A stretch of DNA of 63,896 nucleotides, taken from positions 83,144,001-83,207,896 of the forward strand of contig CM052816.1 of the NCBI GenBank assembly GCA_028534125.1, read 5' to 3'. The notes under the pieces were generated by a model. The model made no database searches, was not told the origin of the DNA, and saw nothing but the letters and a program-made list of their open reading frames with translations. This document shows positions 13,272 to 27,141 of the stretch, in pieces (position 1 is the first letter of the stretch; each line of letters opens with the position of its first letter). A program made the position numbers and the translations under genes. This DNA comes from Lama glama (lineage: Eukaryota).

Positions 13272-16137
13272 GGTCCTTTCAGGCGTGCAAAATAGTTTGG
13301 GGGGGTGTGTTACATGAATAATGAGAATGTCTTTGGGTTGATTTTGAGGACTCAATGTGTCTTAAATTGGGTGGTACCCAGAGAAGGCAGTAGTATGTCA
13401 GGTGTATTATATAAACAAGGTTACATTTGTATCTGAAATTTATACTGTAACATGACCAATCTTTGTTGCCAGTGAATTAGGATTTATATTAGTGACTAAT
13501 TTTTATTTGTTTTCTGTTTTGATCTTGAAACTATTTGAAATGAAATAACTGGGAAATTATGCTTTGTAACTTTGGTTTGGAAACTAATAATCCTATAATT
13601 GATAAAACTCTAGAAAACTCATTGGAGTATGTCTAGACCTTTGGTCATCAAAGAGCTAAAAAGTTCTGATAGAATGTGATATAATATTACTTCATGGGAA
13701 ACAATTCTGAGTGTTAACAACTAGAATATAAGTATAATATGTATTTTCAGTACAAAATAAAATAGAAAAAACTAAATAGGACAGAGTGAGAATTCAAATA
13801 AATAGGTTACTTTTGACTTCAGGAATGTTTATCTTTTTGAGGGAAAAAGAAATTACATCAATTCTCCAAAATAAACTTTCTTCAAAAATGTTTTTGCTCC
13901 TCTATCTTTATTTTCTTCCCTTCACTTTGCATTACTTATTATAAAATTTATAAAACTTGTATAAGTTATAGGTATTTAAGAAATGTTAGTGACTGTTTCA
14001 ATTGCATGCCTTAATAAATCCTGTTCAATATGAGATATTTAGGAAAAATATAAAATTGCAATTTTATTTTTTGTTTTATCAAAGGAAGAAAATATTATTT
14101 GTTATTATTGATAACTGGCATATCACCTGTGTTTTAATATCTTGTGTTCAGATTTTACCTTTTTTAAAGAAATGTAATAGTGCATAGGGAAATGGAGACT
14201 GAGAAATTTAAGTTGAAGTTGTGGGAATAAATTCCAAATGAAGGACAAAGAGAAATGAAGACGTACTATGATTTTAAATGTCTATTATGCACTGGGAAAA
14301 TATTGTAGTTTCCAAGCCAAAAAAAAAAAAAAAGAATGACCAGAGACCAAATGGAAAATGGAGATCCGTAAGAAATATATAAAAGTAAAACGTAAATGGC
14401 TATAATCAGATTTATTACTTGGGTTTCTCAAAAAGAAGTAGAAAAGTATAGAGGTTGTGACTGCAATTGAAGGAAATGAAGGTTTTACCTAGCGTTTAAA
14501 AATAACTGTTTGATAATTGCATAGCTTTCTTTCTAGGCTGTGTTAAGTACTTGACTTCCTGAAGAGTGAAGAGTAGTAATTACTGTGAAATCAAGTTGGA
14601 CTAATGATAGAATATCTTCACTCTATTTTTTAATCATTCTATTTATTGTGTATTTAGGCTGGTGTTTAAAGTAATAAGTTCTTAGAGAATTTAGAGAATA
14701 CAAAAATATTATAAAGAAGAATCTGAAAAAAAATGTATTTCAAAATTACTCCAAATTATTTTTCTATACATATATGGCTACATATATATTTTACATAAAG
14801 TCATACTCATTTCATAAACCATGCTTTTAAAATTTATGTATTTTTAATATTTTCCTAATGATTTAGTCCTCTAAATTTGATTTTTATTGTTTGTACTATT
14901 TCCAAACTTACAGGCATGGACTAATTCAAGAATAAATCCCATGTAATAGTTTACATTTTTAGAAATGCCTAAAATACAACTGTTAAGAAAAGACTTATAG
15001 ATTGTTTTCCAAATATCTTATATTATTATAATAAAAATCCTAAAGGCAGAATTATTTCTGGATGAAAGTACATCATTAGTTTTCTTTTGCAGATCTTGGA
15101 AATGTCTTCAATTAGTTGAAGTTTAAATAATATAATAAAGCTAAATTCTTAAATAGACACACAGAAATATTTATATTTATCTTCTTACTGTGCCACATTT
15201 TACCCTCCATATATAATCATTGTGTTACTGCTTTTGTGAATGTATGGGTAAAGTTTAAGATAAGGAGTCTAGATTTATTTATCAGCTTAAGTTTATTTTT
15301 CCAGTCTGATCCTTGGCTAACAACATACCATTTTAAGTGTTATTCTTGTGCATTTTAGTAAATGGGAGAAACTACATCTTTGCTATTCATCTTGAAAATG
15401 TTTTGTAGAGTTTGTATTCTTATTCATCCAGTAAGATCACTTTGTGAATATCTCTACTCTCTAATTCTATTAGCATTTGAATTTAATCAACTTTGTTTTA
15501 TAGATAAATTTGGAATGACATATAGTTGTATATCATTGAATATATGTATCTACTTTAGCTTTTTATTATTTAGGTGAATTTTGTGATTTTCAGAGATACT
15601 TCATTTTTAAATGCTTATTTGTAACGACTTATTTTTCTGTTGTATCATGAATAAGGATTTTCTTTCCTTATTTTCTTAAATTTATTATTGTTTATGTATA
15701 AATAGTGTTGGTTTTGCATAACAATTTTGCAAATACAAATGTTACTGGATTATTTTTTTAGCTCGTTTTCTCAGTTTTCCAGGGAAAGAGCTACATTATT
15801 GAATATAATTGTAATTGTATTTTTCTCCCTTCTTCAAATATTGATGGTCATTATTTCTTTTTCATGTACTTGCATTGACCAGAGCTTCTCAAATAATCTT
15901 CAAAAAATGACAATGAAAAATGAGAGTAATCTCTATTACTGAAATTCATGCAACTATTTCTACTTTTTGTTATTAAAATTAGATCTATTGAAATGAGATA
16001 GTTTTAAGTCAACTGAAGAATATATTATTTGCCTCTTATTTTTCAGTTAATAGTATTAGGAACATACAGAGAACCTCATCAAATACTAAGCCAAATCTGT
16101 AACTAGGTTACTCTCTCCCTCATACAATTTAGTAGCT

Positions 16138-16297
16138 ATGGTAGAAGATTTCTAAAGTGGCTCCCAAGATTTTCCACCGTCTAGTGTCTAAACCTTGTTC
16201 CCATTACTTTGATTCTGATGCATGTCCCTTCCACAATTAGGATATATTATATGGCCCAGTAGACTTTAAAATGGGAGGTTATTAAGGTGGGCCTGAG
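16138..16297 (+). mobile_element. MLT1E/F-like LTR fragment
   Basis: tggtagaagatttctaaagtggctcccaagatt...gggaggttattaaggtgggcctga. Confidence 0.55.
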
Positions 16298-17689
16298 TGG
16301 GTAAACTGGAAGGACTGGTGTTTTCAGATAATATTCTCAATTTCTTTAGTCATTTAAAGTCTATCCAAGTTTTTAATTATTCTTGAAACAACTTTGCTAA
16401 GTTTACATTATCTTAAATTTTTCTTATTTTATTGGTATTTTCAGATTTTTTTCTATGTTGAAGGTTTGATTTACCTTAACATTATTTAAATTTGGTTCAT
16501 TTTCTATAAATACCAAATTATAGGTTTTAAAATAATTTGACTGCTCACCTCTTGGGCATTTTTAAGAAAACTTTCTATTCTTGGGTATCATTGTTTGAAT
16601 TTTTAAAAACGTATTATTTGGGGAGCCTTTAAAAATGTGGAAAAGCACAGAAATGAAAATGAGACACATGTTCTTACATCCTAGAATGAATATTTGCTAA
16701 TATTTATTTGGATTTATCTCATTGGTTTTCATACAAGAAATAATGAAGTACAGATACACCTAGACTCCCCTTTCATCACTGCCATCTCCCTCTCACCATC
16801 ATGTTCTTGTAGTGCATCCTTCAGCCCAGTTTTCTACATTTGATTTGCTTTCATACATTACATGTACAGTTTGTGCATTAAAAATGTTATACCAATTGCT
16901 TTATTCTTCACCCTGTTTTTTTTTTCACGAAATTAAAAGTCTTAGAGATTTAGCTTCATTGATAAATGTCAAGCTTTTTCATCCTTATTTGATGTTTTCC
17001 CTTGTATGCATGTGCTGCATTTTGTTTATTAATTTCACTCTATTAGAATACTTATGTCAGTGACTATCCTTGCATTAGGGACGTGGACATTTAACCTTTT
17101 ATGAGTTTCCCTGTGTATATTTCTAGACACAGAGTGATTGGATTGTAGAATAGGCAGATTTCTACTTTTACCAAGGTAAGTGTTTGAAATTGCCACACAA
17201 TTTTGATATATCATTTTCCTCCCTCTAATAGTGTGGGTTTACTTCTGCCTTCTCATTAAATAATGTATGTTTATTATTTTCCAACATTAGTCTTATTGCT
17301 AATCTGAGAAAACCAAAATCCCATTTTTTTTGTTTTAATTTTAATTTTTCCAATTATGGGTGGCATATTCAGTCCTTCTCCTATGCATGCTAGTTATTTA
17401 TGTTCCTTAATGTGAATTATTTATATTATTTGCCCATTTTTAATGCAATGTTTGTCTCTTTTTTTTTTTCATTTTTCACATTTGGGGTTAACCTTACATA
17501 TTCTAGGGAAAAATCCTTTTTTGATTACATACATTCCTAATGTCTCTCCTTGTTTGCACTAATGCTTTTTTCCTAACTTTTTAATTGAATTTAAAATACA
17601 TACTGAAAGTTTTCTTTGGAAAAAAAGTCTATTTAGTTCTTTGAGTATGTATTTTAAATACGATTAAAAGTTTAGAAAAAATAGAAGAC

Positions 17690-18590
17690 ATATAGATGAC
17701 TAATAGGCACATGAAAATATGCTTAACATTGCTAATTATTTGAGAGATGCAGTTCAAAACATTGATACATCACCTCACACATGTCAGAATGGCTATCATC
17801 AAAAAGTCTACAAATAGCAAATCTTGGGGAGGATATAGAGAAAAGGGAACCATTGTACCCTGTCAGTGGGAATGTAAATTGGTGCAGCCAATATGGAAAA
17901 TAGTATGAAGATTCCTTAAAAAACTGAAAATAGGACTACCATATGGTCCAGCAATTCCACTCCTGGGTATATATCTGGAAAAAATGAAAACTCTTAATTC
18001 AAAAAGGTACATGTACCCCAAAGTCCTTGGAAGCACTATTTACAATAGCAAAGCTATGAAAGCAACCCAATTGCCCATCAACAGATGAATGGATAAAGAA
18101 AATATGGTGTATAGAAGATGTATATGGTACAATATTGCTCAACTATAAAAAAATAATGAAATTCTCCCCTATGCAGCAACATAATGGACCTAGAAAATAT
18201 TATGTTTAGTGAAATAAGTCATAGATAGACAAATACTGTATGATATCACTTATATGTGGAATCTAAAAAATAATACAAATGAATGTATATGCAAAACAGA
18301 AACAGACTCAGATATAGAAAACAAACTAATGGTTACAAATGAAGAGAAGAAAGGGAGGAGGAGCAAATTAGGGGTATGGGATAATGAGATACAAACTGTT
18401 ACGTGTATAATAGATAAGCAACAAGGATACATATTGTAGCACAAGGAATTATAGTCATTATCTTACAACAACTTTTATTGGAGTATAATCTGTAAAACAC
18501 TGAATCACTATGCTGCACATCTGAAATTAGTATAATATTTTAAATCAATTATACTTCAATAAAATAAGAACATAAACAAATAAATAAAAT
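17690..18590 (+). mobile_element. L1 3' portion (ORF2 C-terminus and 3' UTR)
   Basis: cacctcacacatgtcagaatggctatcatcaaaaagtctacaaa...ccagcaattccactcctgggtatatatc...atacttcaataaaa followed by A-rich tail. Confidence 0.92.
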
Positions 18591-21023
18591 ACTGAATATT
18601 GAAGCTCACTCTCTTACTTGTTTTTGCAAACTGACCACCAGTTTATCCACATTGTTTCTAATAATTGTTATAAAAATTAAGTATAATTTTTAGGTTGAGT
18701 TAAAATTTATTTCTTTAAATGTGACACTTTATAAAAATACTCAGGCTATATTAGCAATATCTAAGACTTTTCTAACATTACTCTCACCATATGCTATCCT
18801 TTAAGTTCATAACTGTAGATATATTTCAAAGTATACCATGCATTTTGGATCATTAGAGTGATAAAATCTGTGTTTATCCATTTATTTCTCAAATAAGAAC
18901 AATTTGAGGAAAATGTGTTTCTTGAATATTACGCTTTGTGTTTGTTTTCTAAAATGTTTTATTTTTACATAAGTTAAGAGTCATTTCAAACCACATAATG
19001 TAGTGCAATGAAGTGGAAACAGACATGACAAGAGACATTTCCTTTTTTGGAAAATATTTATTTTCTTCACAGTGTTTACTCTGCATGCATTTTATGCCAA
19101 CTAGCTGCTTTTCAAAATCTTTATCTAAACTGAGTCTGCAACTAATTGCTTAGTTCTGTTTTTTTCCTACCAGGCGATAAAAGTACTCTTAATGAAAAAG
19201 ACTCTTTTGAAATGAAATATATAAAGTGTTAAATGTTAAAACTCTTTACAACTTATTTTTGAATTGGTGTTTAATTTCCTGGTTTCAGTCTCTAAAACTA
19301 GGTAGGACTGAAACCAACATAAAAACTGAAAAAAATGCCATCAATAAATAACTATCCATTTATTTACTTCGTATATTTTTAAAAACACAGATACTTTATG
19401 GCAGAGTAGCATGGTTTGTGAGGTTCAAAGTCAAATGAAAAATATCATTTCCAACATAACTGATTTATTTTCCTAAGGGTGCGTTTGCTTCTGGATGTCA
19501 AACTATGAAAGTCTGTCTTTTGACCAGATTAAAATGAGTGGAGTATATGTGTGTGTGGTACATAGCATTAATAGCCTCATTTTACTTCTTCTGCTGTCTT
19601 TGGAACAATCCTGGTGGTTTCTAAACCTACTCTTTCCGTTTGGATTTACTGTAGAAAGAAAATGTGCCCTTTTCTTCGAGTTTCTATCAGATTTTGACAT
19701 TTTTTTTTTCCTTTCCATGAATCACCTGAAAAATGGTCTATTTAACACTTCTTTATGCCTTCCAGGGACTCCTACACTTATCCTTTAGAAAATAATTCCC
19801 TTCAGTGACGTAACAGTGACTTACTCTGTTATAAGTGACCAATATTATCCCACTTTTTTTTAAAGTCATAAGGAGCATTATAATATCTAGTAGGATATTT
19901 AATCACACTGATATTGAATACCCACTCCTTCCCTTAATGAGTAATTCTTAGTCCAGTACTGCTATTATTTTAATATACTGCCAAATGTTATTTGGCAAGA
20001 TTAGGATCTTGACTCACTAATTACAAGTATAATCTACATAAATTTTTATTTTTTGCATCATTTCTGATGGGTTTGAATGTCTGTTGATGATGAATGCAAA
20101 CACATATACACAGTTACACATACCAAAAAATTTTTTGATTAATACAAACACAAATACAAAATTTTCTAGTCTCTGGAAAATCTTAATGTAATTCAAGTAA
20201 TTTTCTCCTTAATGTTCTCAGTGAATTTATCTTGCCACTATTGCTTGATTGTTCTTTTTTAATTTTATTATCTACTCCTCTCTACCCGACATTCCTATTT
20301 TGTTTGGATTTTGTTTTTTATATGATATATTAACTGTATGTACTCTATTGACATAGTATTGTTTCTATGTTTTTATATTTGTAATTATATATATATATTT
20401 TATACGTTAGTTGACTTTTGGATTTTTCAATAAAAAAGCTCAGAACTAGCAATTTTAAGGTTACAATGATTTTTTTAATAATTCATGATTACCTAAATGT
20501 ATCTTTATTATTTACCTCTATTTATTTTAATATATTCAGTTACTGATTTATTTATTCAGTAAATTGATGAAAAATTATTGTGCTTAGAAATGAAAATGAA
20601 TTTTTATTTTTTGAAAAAACAGATTTTAATGTTCATTCTAATTAATAAGTTTAAAAAATATATTTCAACTGTCTTTAATATATATTACTGTATTAGTTTC
20701 CTATAGCTGCTGTAACAAATGACTACAAACTTGGTAGCTTAAAACAACAGAAATTTATACTCTTATAGTTCTCATGGGTAAAATTTCAAAATTATCACTG
20801 TGATGAAATTAAGGCAGCAGCAGAGCCATGCTGTCTCCAGAAGCTCTAGGGAAGAATTCTGTGGCTACAGAATTCATTGGTTTATAGTTGCATTAGTCCA
20901 ATCTTCAAAGCTAGCAACTAAAGCAACTAGAGAAAAAAATAGCAAAGCTGGCATCTCAGACATCTTTTTGCTCCATTTTTACATTGTCTTCTGTCTGTGT
21001 GTCAAATCTCTCTCTGCTCTCCT

Positions 21024-21866
21024 CTTTTTTTTTTTTTAATTTAAGTATAGTCAGTTTACAATGTTGTGTCAGTTTCTGGTATACAGAATAATGTTTCAGC
21101 CATACATATACATACATATACTCATTTTCATATGCTTTTCATTATAGGTAACTATAAGATATTGAATATAGTTCCATGTGCTATAAGAAGAAACTTGTAT
21201 ATTTATTTTATATATAGTAGTTAGTATCTGCAAATCTCGAACTCCCAATTTATTCCTTCCCACCCCTTTTTCCCCCGGTAACCATAGTTTATTTTCTATG
21301 TCTGAGTCTATTTCTGTTTTTTATTTAAGTTAATTTATGTCTTTTTTCTAAGACTCCAGATATGAGTTATAGTGTATGGTATTTTTCTTTCTCTTTCTGG
21401 CTTACTTCACTTAGAATGACAAATCCAGAGCTATCCATGTTGCTGCAAATGACATTATTTTATTCTTTTTTATGGTTGAATAGTATTCCATTGTATAAAT
21501 ATACCACAGCTTCTTTATCCAGTCCATTTATTCAGCATTTATCATTTGTGGACTTTTTAATAATGGCCGTTTTGACTGGTATGAGGTGATAACCTCATTG
21601 TAGTTTTGATGTACATGTCTCTGATAATTAGCAATATTGAACTTCTTTTCATGTGCCTGTTGGCCATCTGTATGTCTTCACTGGGAAAATGTTTAGGTCT
21701 TCTGCCCATTTTTTGACTGGATTGTTTTTTGTTACTGAGTTGTGTGAGCTGTATGTATATTCTGGCAGTTAAGCCATTTTTAGTCTCATGGTTTGCAAAT
21801 ATTTTCTTTCAATCCATAGGTTGTCTTTTTGCTTTGTTTATGGTCTCCTTTGCTATGCTGAAACTT
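21024..21866 (-). mobile_element. L1 3' end, poly(T) at left, internal deletion near 21525
   Basis: T-run then aagtatagtcagtttacaatgttgtgtcagtttctgg...tggcttacttcacttagaatgac...gtagttttgat. Confidence 0.92.
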
Positions 21867-22290
21867 ACAATGGAATACTATTCTGCCATAAAAAGAGTGA
21901 AATAATGTCATTTGCAGCAACATGGCTGGACCTAGAGATTATCATACTAACTAAATCAGACAGAAAAAGATAAGTATCTTATGATATCACTTACATGTAG
22001 AATCTAAAAAAATGACACAAATGAGCTTATTTATAAAACAGACTCAGATATGGAAAACAAACTAAAGGGAAAGGAGAAGGGAGGGATAAATTAGAAATTT
22101 GGATTAGCAAATACAAACTACTATATACAGAACAGATAAATAACAAGGTCTTACTGTGTAGCACAGGGAACTGTATTCAACAGCTTATAATAACCCATAT
22201 TGAAAAAGAATATATAAATGTGTAACTGAATCACTGTGCTGTACACCAGAAACTAAAACAATGTTGTAAATTAACTATACCTAAAAAAAA
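21867..22290 (+). mobile_element. L1 3' end, poly(A) at right
   Basis: acaatggaatactattctgccataaaaagagtgaaataatgtcatttgcagcaacatgg...aactatacctaaaaaaaa. Confidence 0.92.
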
Positions 22291-23064
22291 GCAATATAAG
22301 GTAACATTCATAAGTTCCAGGGACTAAGACATGGATATCTTCAGGGGGTGCATTCTCACCTCCTTATAGTTACATTAATTTTCTTTGCATTTATCAGTTT
22401 GTTTATGATCTACCTTTTATTATGGCTTATTTTTCTGACATATCATGCACATGGAATGGAAATGGAAACTCTTTGACTCGTATACTTGTGCCCCTTCTCA
22501 GTGTTTAATTCTTCTTTTCAAGAAGTCCTTATGCAGAGAAACTCAGAACATGTGCTCATTTACTGTATGAATATGAAACCTCTACTTCTAGAATCTTCTC
22601 ATTTACTTCATGTACTTAATTGCTTTATCCAGATTTTCTGTACTAATACTCACTCTGGTTTGCTTCATTACCTTGCTGAAGTTAAGTACTGGAATCTATT
22701 ATTACATATTCAAGTCTGATATTTTGTTTGTTTTCCTCTTTGATCTTGGGCTTTAGAACATAAAAAAACAGGAAATTACAAAGCAGCATTATACTGCATT
22801 TTTTGTAGAGATGCAGTAGGAACTGAATTATAAAAGCAAAACAATTATAAAATTATGAAAAAGAATGGAAATGTGGATGTTTTAACACAGAAACTGTTTA
22901 ATGTGTTATATTAACTCCATATGATAGGTAATTATATGCTTCAAAAATACATTTTGTAGGATATTTAATAGCATGGAAAGTGGTAACAACATAGTGATGA
23001 ATAAAGCAAGCTGTAAAGGAGCAAAAACACACTAATTTCGCTTTGAAAAATATATTTTAAATCA

Positions 23065-23295
23065 CTAACATGTGGAATCTAAAAAATGCGACAGACTAGG
23101 GAATATAACATAGAAGAAGTGGACTCACAGATAATAGAGAACAAACCAGTAGTTACCAGTGGTGGGGGTGGGAGATACAAACTGTTGTATATAAGATAGG
23201 TCAAGGCTGTATTGTACAACATGGGGAATATAGCCAATATTTTGTAATAACTGTAAATGGAAAGTGACCTTTAAAATTGTAAAAAAATTAAAATG
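23065..23295 (+). mobile_element. L1 3' end
   Basis: atgtggaatctaaaaaa...gagaacaaaccagtagttaccagtgg...gtacaacatggggaatatagccaatattttgtaataactgtaaatgga. Confidence 0.85.
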
Positions 23296-25373
23296 TTTAA
23301 CTATGTGTCTTGAAATACTTTTAGATTTACAGAAGAGTTGAAAAATAGTTAAGAGAATTCTATGTGTCCTTCCCACAGCTTATACTGCATCTTACACAAC
23401 CATGGTACAATTACTAAAACTAAGACATTATCATTTACACATTCTACCAGGTTAAAAATTAAAGAAGATAATTTTTATTTCACTGATTTTTTTCCCACTA
23501 ATATTCTTTTTCTTTTCCTGTGTCCAATCCAGAAGACCACTTTGCATTTAGCCATCACGTCTCCTAAGTCTCCTCCAATCCATTATAATTTTCCAAGTTA
23601 CCTTGTTTGTCACAACACTGACGATCTTGAACAGTACTGGGCAGGCATTTTATAGAATATTTCACAGTGTCAGTGTGCTGGTGTTCTCTCCTGAGCATTG
23701 AGGCTATGGCTGTTTAGGAAAAGTACCACAGAAGTAACTGTTCTTCTCATCACATCATATCGGGGTATGAGGTCAATATGAATTACTGCTGAGGCTAACT
23801 TTGAACATTTGGTTACAGTGGTATCTACCAGATTTCTGCACTCTACAGTTACTATTTTTATCTTTCCATTTATTAAAAGTTGACTGACCAATTTTAGCCT
23901 AGACTCAGGAATGTGGGTTCTGTTGGTGGAACAAGTATCAAAGAATTTGTGAACAAAGTTAAAACATACACAACAATTGATAAATATTTTGAAGAATGTA
24001 CTTTCAGGCTATGCAAATATCTTGTTTCTCCTTAAATTTTCTCCCATTTTATCATTCATCCATTGATCCTGCCTACACTTCTTCATTAGAATTCAGTAGA
24101 GAAGAATTGTTTCTTCCCCTAATAACTTCTTAATGTAATTATTTGTTTATATCAGGATGGACTCATGGATATCTATTTTATTTGGAAGACTAATCCAACA
24201 CAATGGTTATTTATTTTGTTCCTTGAATTGCTTGCGCCTGCTTTGGCCATTGGGAGATTTTTCCAGTTAGCACATGTTTCCTTGTGACCATCTCTCCTTT
24301 TTCATCTTTTTAAGTTGTTTATTTGCATGTCTGTTTATTTGAATAATCTTTTCCTATTTGGTACTATACTATGTTCCAGATTTAATATTTACCTTACTCC
24401 CATCCTAGAATTGACTGTTTCTCAGGGAGCCCTGGCTTCTTTTACTAGAAAATGGTGTTTTAAAACTAAGAGCTGTGTGCTAGATCTGCTCACTGCTACT
24501 AGTGTGTTACTATTTCTAGGCGCTCTCGGTTGTCCAACCTAGAGAAAAATCTCGCATGTTTATTAACTCATGTATATACACATATCTGTATTTATTTCAG
24601 CATCTGTATGAATGTATATATATGCATATATATATATGTTTATAGTATGCATTTATACTCATTTCTCTGACTCTAATCCAGCACAGAAGAGCTCATTATG
24701 GCCCTTTACTGTTGTTTATTATAACTTTTGTCTCTGACAGTGAACAACCTGGCTATGATTATTTATTTAAAATTTATTTCCTTATTTGTTCAGCACGAGT
24801 ATACATATAGAAAAGTTTCAAAGTGACCTAACCATAATCCAGCAAGGAACAGATCTGCCAACCAGAGTACAGTGTTTATGTATTGTTCTTTTTGTTTGTA
24901 GCCTTAAAATATCCAGTTAAAACATTGCCTCCAAAGTTACTTAGACAAACTCCTTTTTCACCTCTTTCAATGAGGTTACCTCATGCATTCATAAGACAGA
25001 TATAATAATTTGTCACCATCTGCATTCCATTCTGGGATCCCCTGATATTCTGGTTGATTTTTTAACTGAATATACTGCATTCTCCCTTTGTGGTATAAAA
25101 CATATTCACTTTTAACAACTGCATACAGTCATGCATATGGTACCACACAGACACTTTCATTGTGCAGCTTCTTTTTAATAGACATCTCTTGAACTTCTTC
25201 CCATCTTAACCACTAGTCCTTTTGACAACTATAGTTATGCTTTTTCCAGAATTTCATATAAAGGGCATCATACAATATGTAGCCTCAGGGGTGTGGCTTC
25301 TTTTATTGAGAAAAATGCATGTAAGATTCATATATGTGTTGTGTGAATCAGTAGTTCTTTTATTTTTTAATTA

Positions 25374-25672
25374 CAGTTTTCCCTCAGTATCCCAGGCAAG
25401 AATTGTTTTCAGGACCACAAACTGGTACCAAAATTCACAGATCCCTTATATAAAATGGCATAGTATTTGCATATAATCTACCCATATTCTCCCATGTACT
25501 TTAATTCATCTCTAGATTATTTATAATAGCTAATACTATGTAAATAGCTGCTGGCATATGGCAAATTCAAGTTTTGCTTCTTGCAACTTCTTAGAATTTT
25601 TTTCCAAATATTTTCAACCCACAGCAGGTTGATTCTGACGATGCAGGGCCCACAGATAGAGAGGGCTGACTG
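25374..25672 (+). mobile_element. MER2-family TcMar-Tigger element
   Basis: Termini cagttttccctcagtatcc and gatagagagggctgactg (imperfect TIRs), TA on both flanks, internal cccttatataaaatggcatagtatttgcatataa. Confidence 0.85.
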
Positions 25673-26646
25673 TACTGCTAGCATTACATTGTATGGCTTA
25701 CCACAGTTTGTTTATATATTGACGTGTTGGCCATGTGACTGCACATCTTTCTTGGTCTCAGTTTTAGGCAATTATAAAAAACACTGCTGTACATGTTCTA
25801 TACAATATAGATTTTGGTATGAATATGCTTTCAGATCACTTGGGCAAATGTCTTAAAGTGGGAATTCTGGGTCATGTGGTAAGTCTGTCTCTGTAAGAAA
25901 ATATCAAACAAATTTCCACTGAAAACGGATGACAGTTCCTCTTGCCTCTGCCTACTCTCAGGAATTCATGTTTTTATCTTTTTAAAAAAATTTAATTGAC
26001 ATTTTAATAGGTAGTGGCCTTTCTTTGTAGGTTTAGTATATATTTCTCTAAAGACTAATATCATTAAGTACATTTTATCATGTTTATTTGTCATTTGAGT
26101 ATCTTTTTTCGTGAAGCATCTATTCAGATATTTCTCTGCTCATTTTTTAACTAGGTTTTCATTTTGTTGAATTGTCAGTGTTCTTTGTATATCTCAGATA
26201 TAAGTCCTTTACCAGATATTTGAATCACAGATGTTGCCTTCTAGTTTGTGGCTTGCATTTTCCTTCCTTTACTGTTGTCTTTTAAATAATAAAGCTTTTT
26301 TATTCCTGATAAAATCCAATTTATCATTTTTAATTCTACAAATTATCATTTTAGTGTCATATATAAAATATGTTGCCAAACTCACAGTCATGAAGATTTT
26401 CTTCAGTGTTTACTTCTGAAGTTTTATAGTTTCACTTTTTAAATTTAGGGCAAATTTAAAATCCATTGAAGTTAATTCTTGTGTAAGATGTGAAATATGT
26501 ATTCAAGTTATTTTATTTTCCCAAATGGATGTCTAATTATCCTGGAACCCTTGTTGACAAGACTATTTGTTCTCCACTGAATTTTCTTTAAAGGTTTTTC
26601 AATCGTCAGTCTATATCTATGTAGTCTTTTTCTGAATGCGCTAAAC

Positions 26647-26993
26647 TTTTTTTTTCTTTTTTTACTTATTTTTTAATTGAAGTATAGTCACTTTACAATG
26701 TTGTGTCAATTTCTGATGTACAACACAATTCTTCAGTCATACATGAATATACATAAATTCATTTTCATATTCTTTTTTACCATGAGCTACTACAGGATAT
26801 TGAATATATTCCCCTGTGCTATACAGTATAAACTTTGTAATCTGTATTTTATATATACCAGTCACTATCTGCAAATATTGAACTCCCAGTTTATCCCTTC
26901 TTACCCCTCTCCCTGCTGGCAACTACAAGTTTGTATTCTATGTCTGTGAGTCTGTTTCTGTTTTATATATAAGTTCATTTGTCTTTTTTTTTT
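26647..26993 (-). mobile_element. L1 3' end, lineage-specific
   Basis: T-rich tail then aattgaagtatagtcactttacaatgttgtgtcaatttctg...tgtgagtctgtttctg. Confidence 0.9.
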
Positions 26994-27106
26994 AATGCTA
27001 TAATCTGTTCCTATGAATTATGTCTCTGTATCCTTTAGCCAGTACAACGGTGTTAATTAGTGTAGCTTGCAAGTAAGTCTTGAAATCAGGAAGTGTGAGT
27101 CCTCCA

Positions 27107-27141
27107 AATGTGTGTGTGTGTGTGTGTGAGAGCGTGTGTGT
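27107..27141. repeat. (TG)n microsatellite
   Basis: Directly visible. Confidence 0.9.

Larger units (their letters stand above)
20689..22372 (-). mobile_element. MLT1C/D-like LTR interrupted by a double L1 (LTR pieces 20689-21023 and 22291-22372)
   Basis: tgtattagtttcctatagctgctgtaacaaatgactacaaacttggtagcttaaaacaacagaaattta; resumes at aatataaggtaacattcataagttccagggactaagacatggatatct. Confidence 0.8.
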
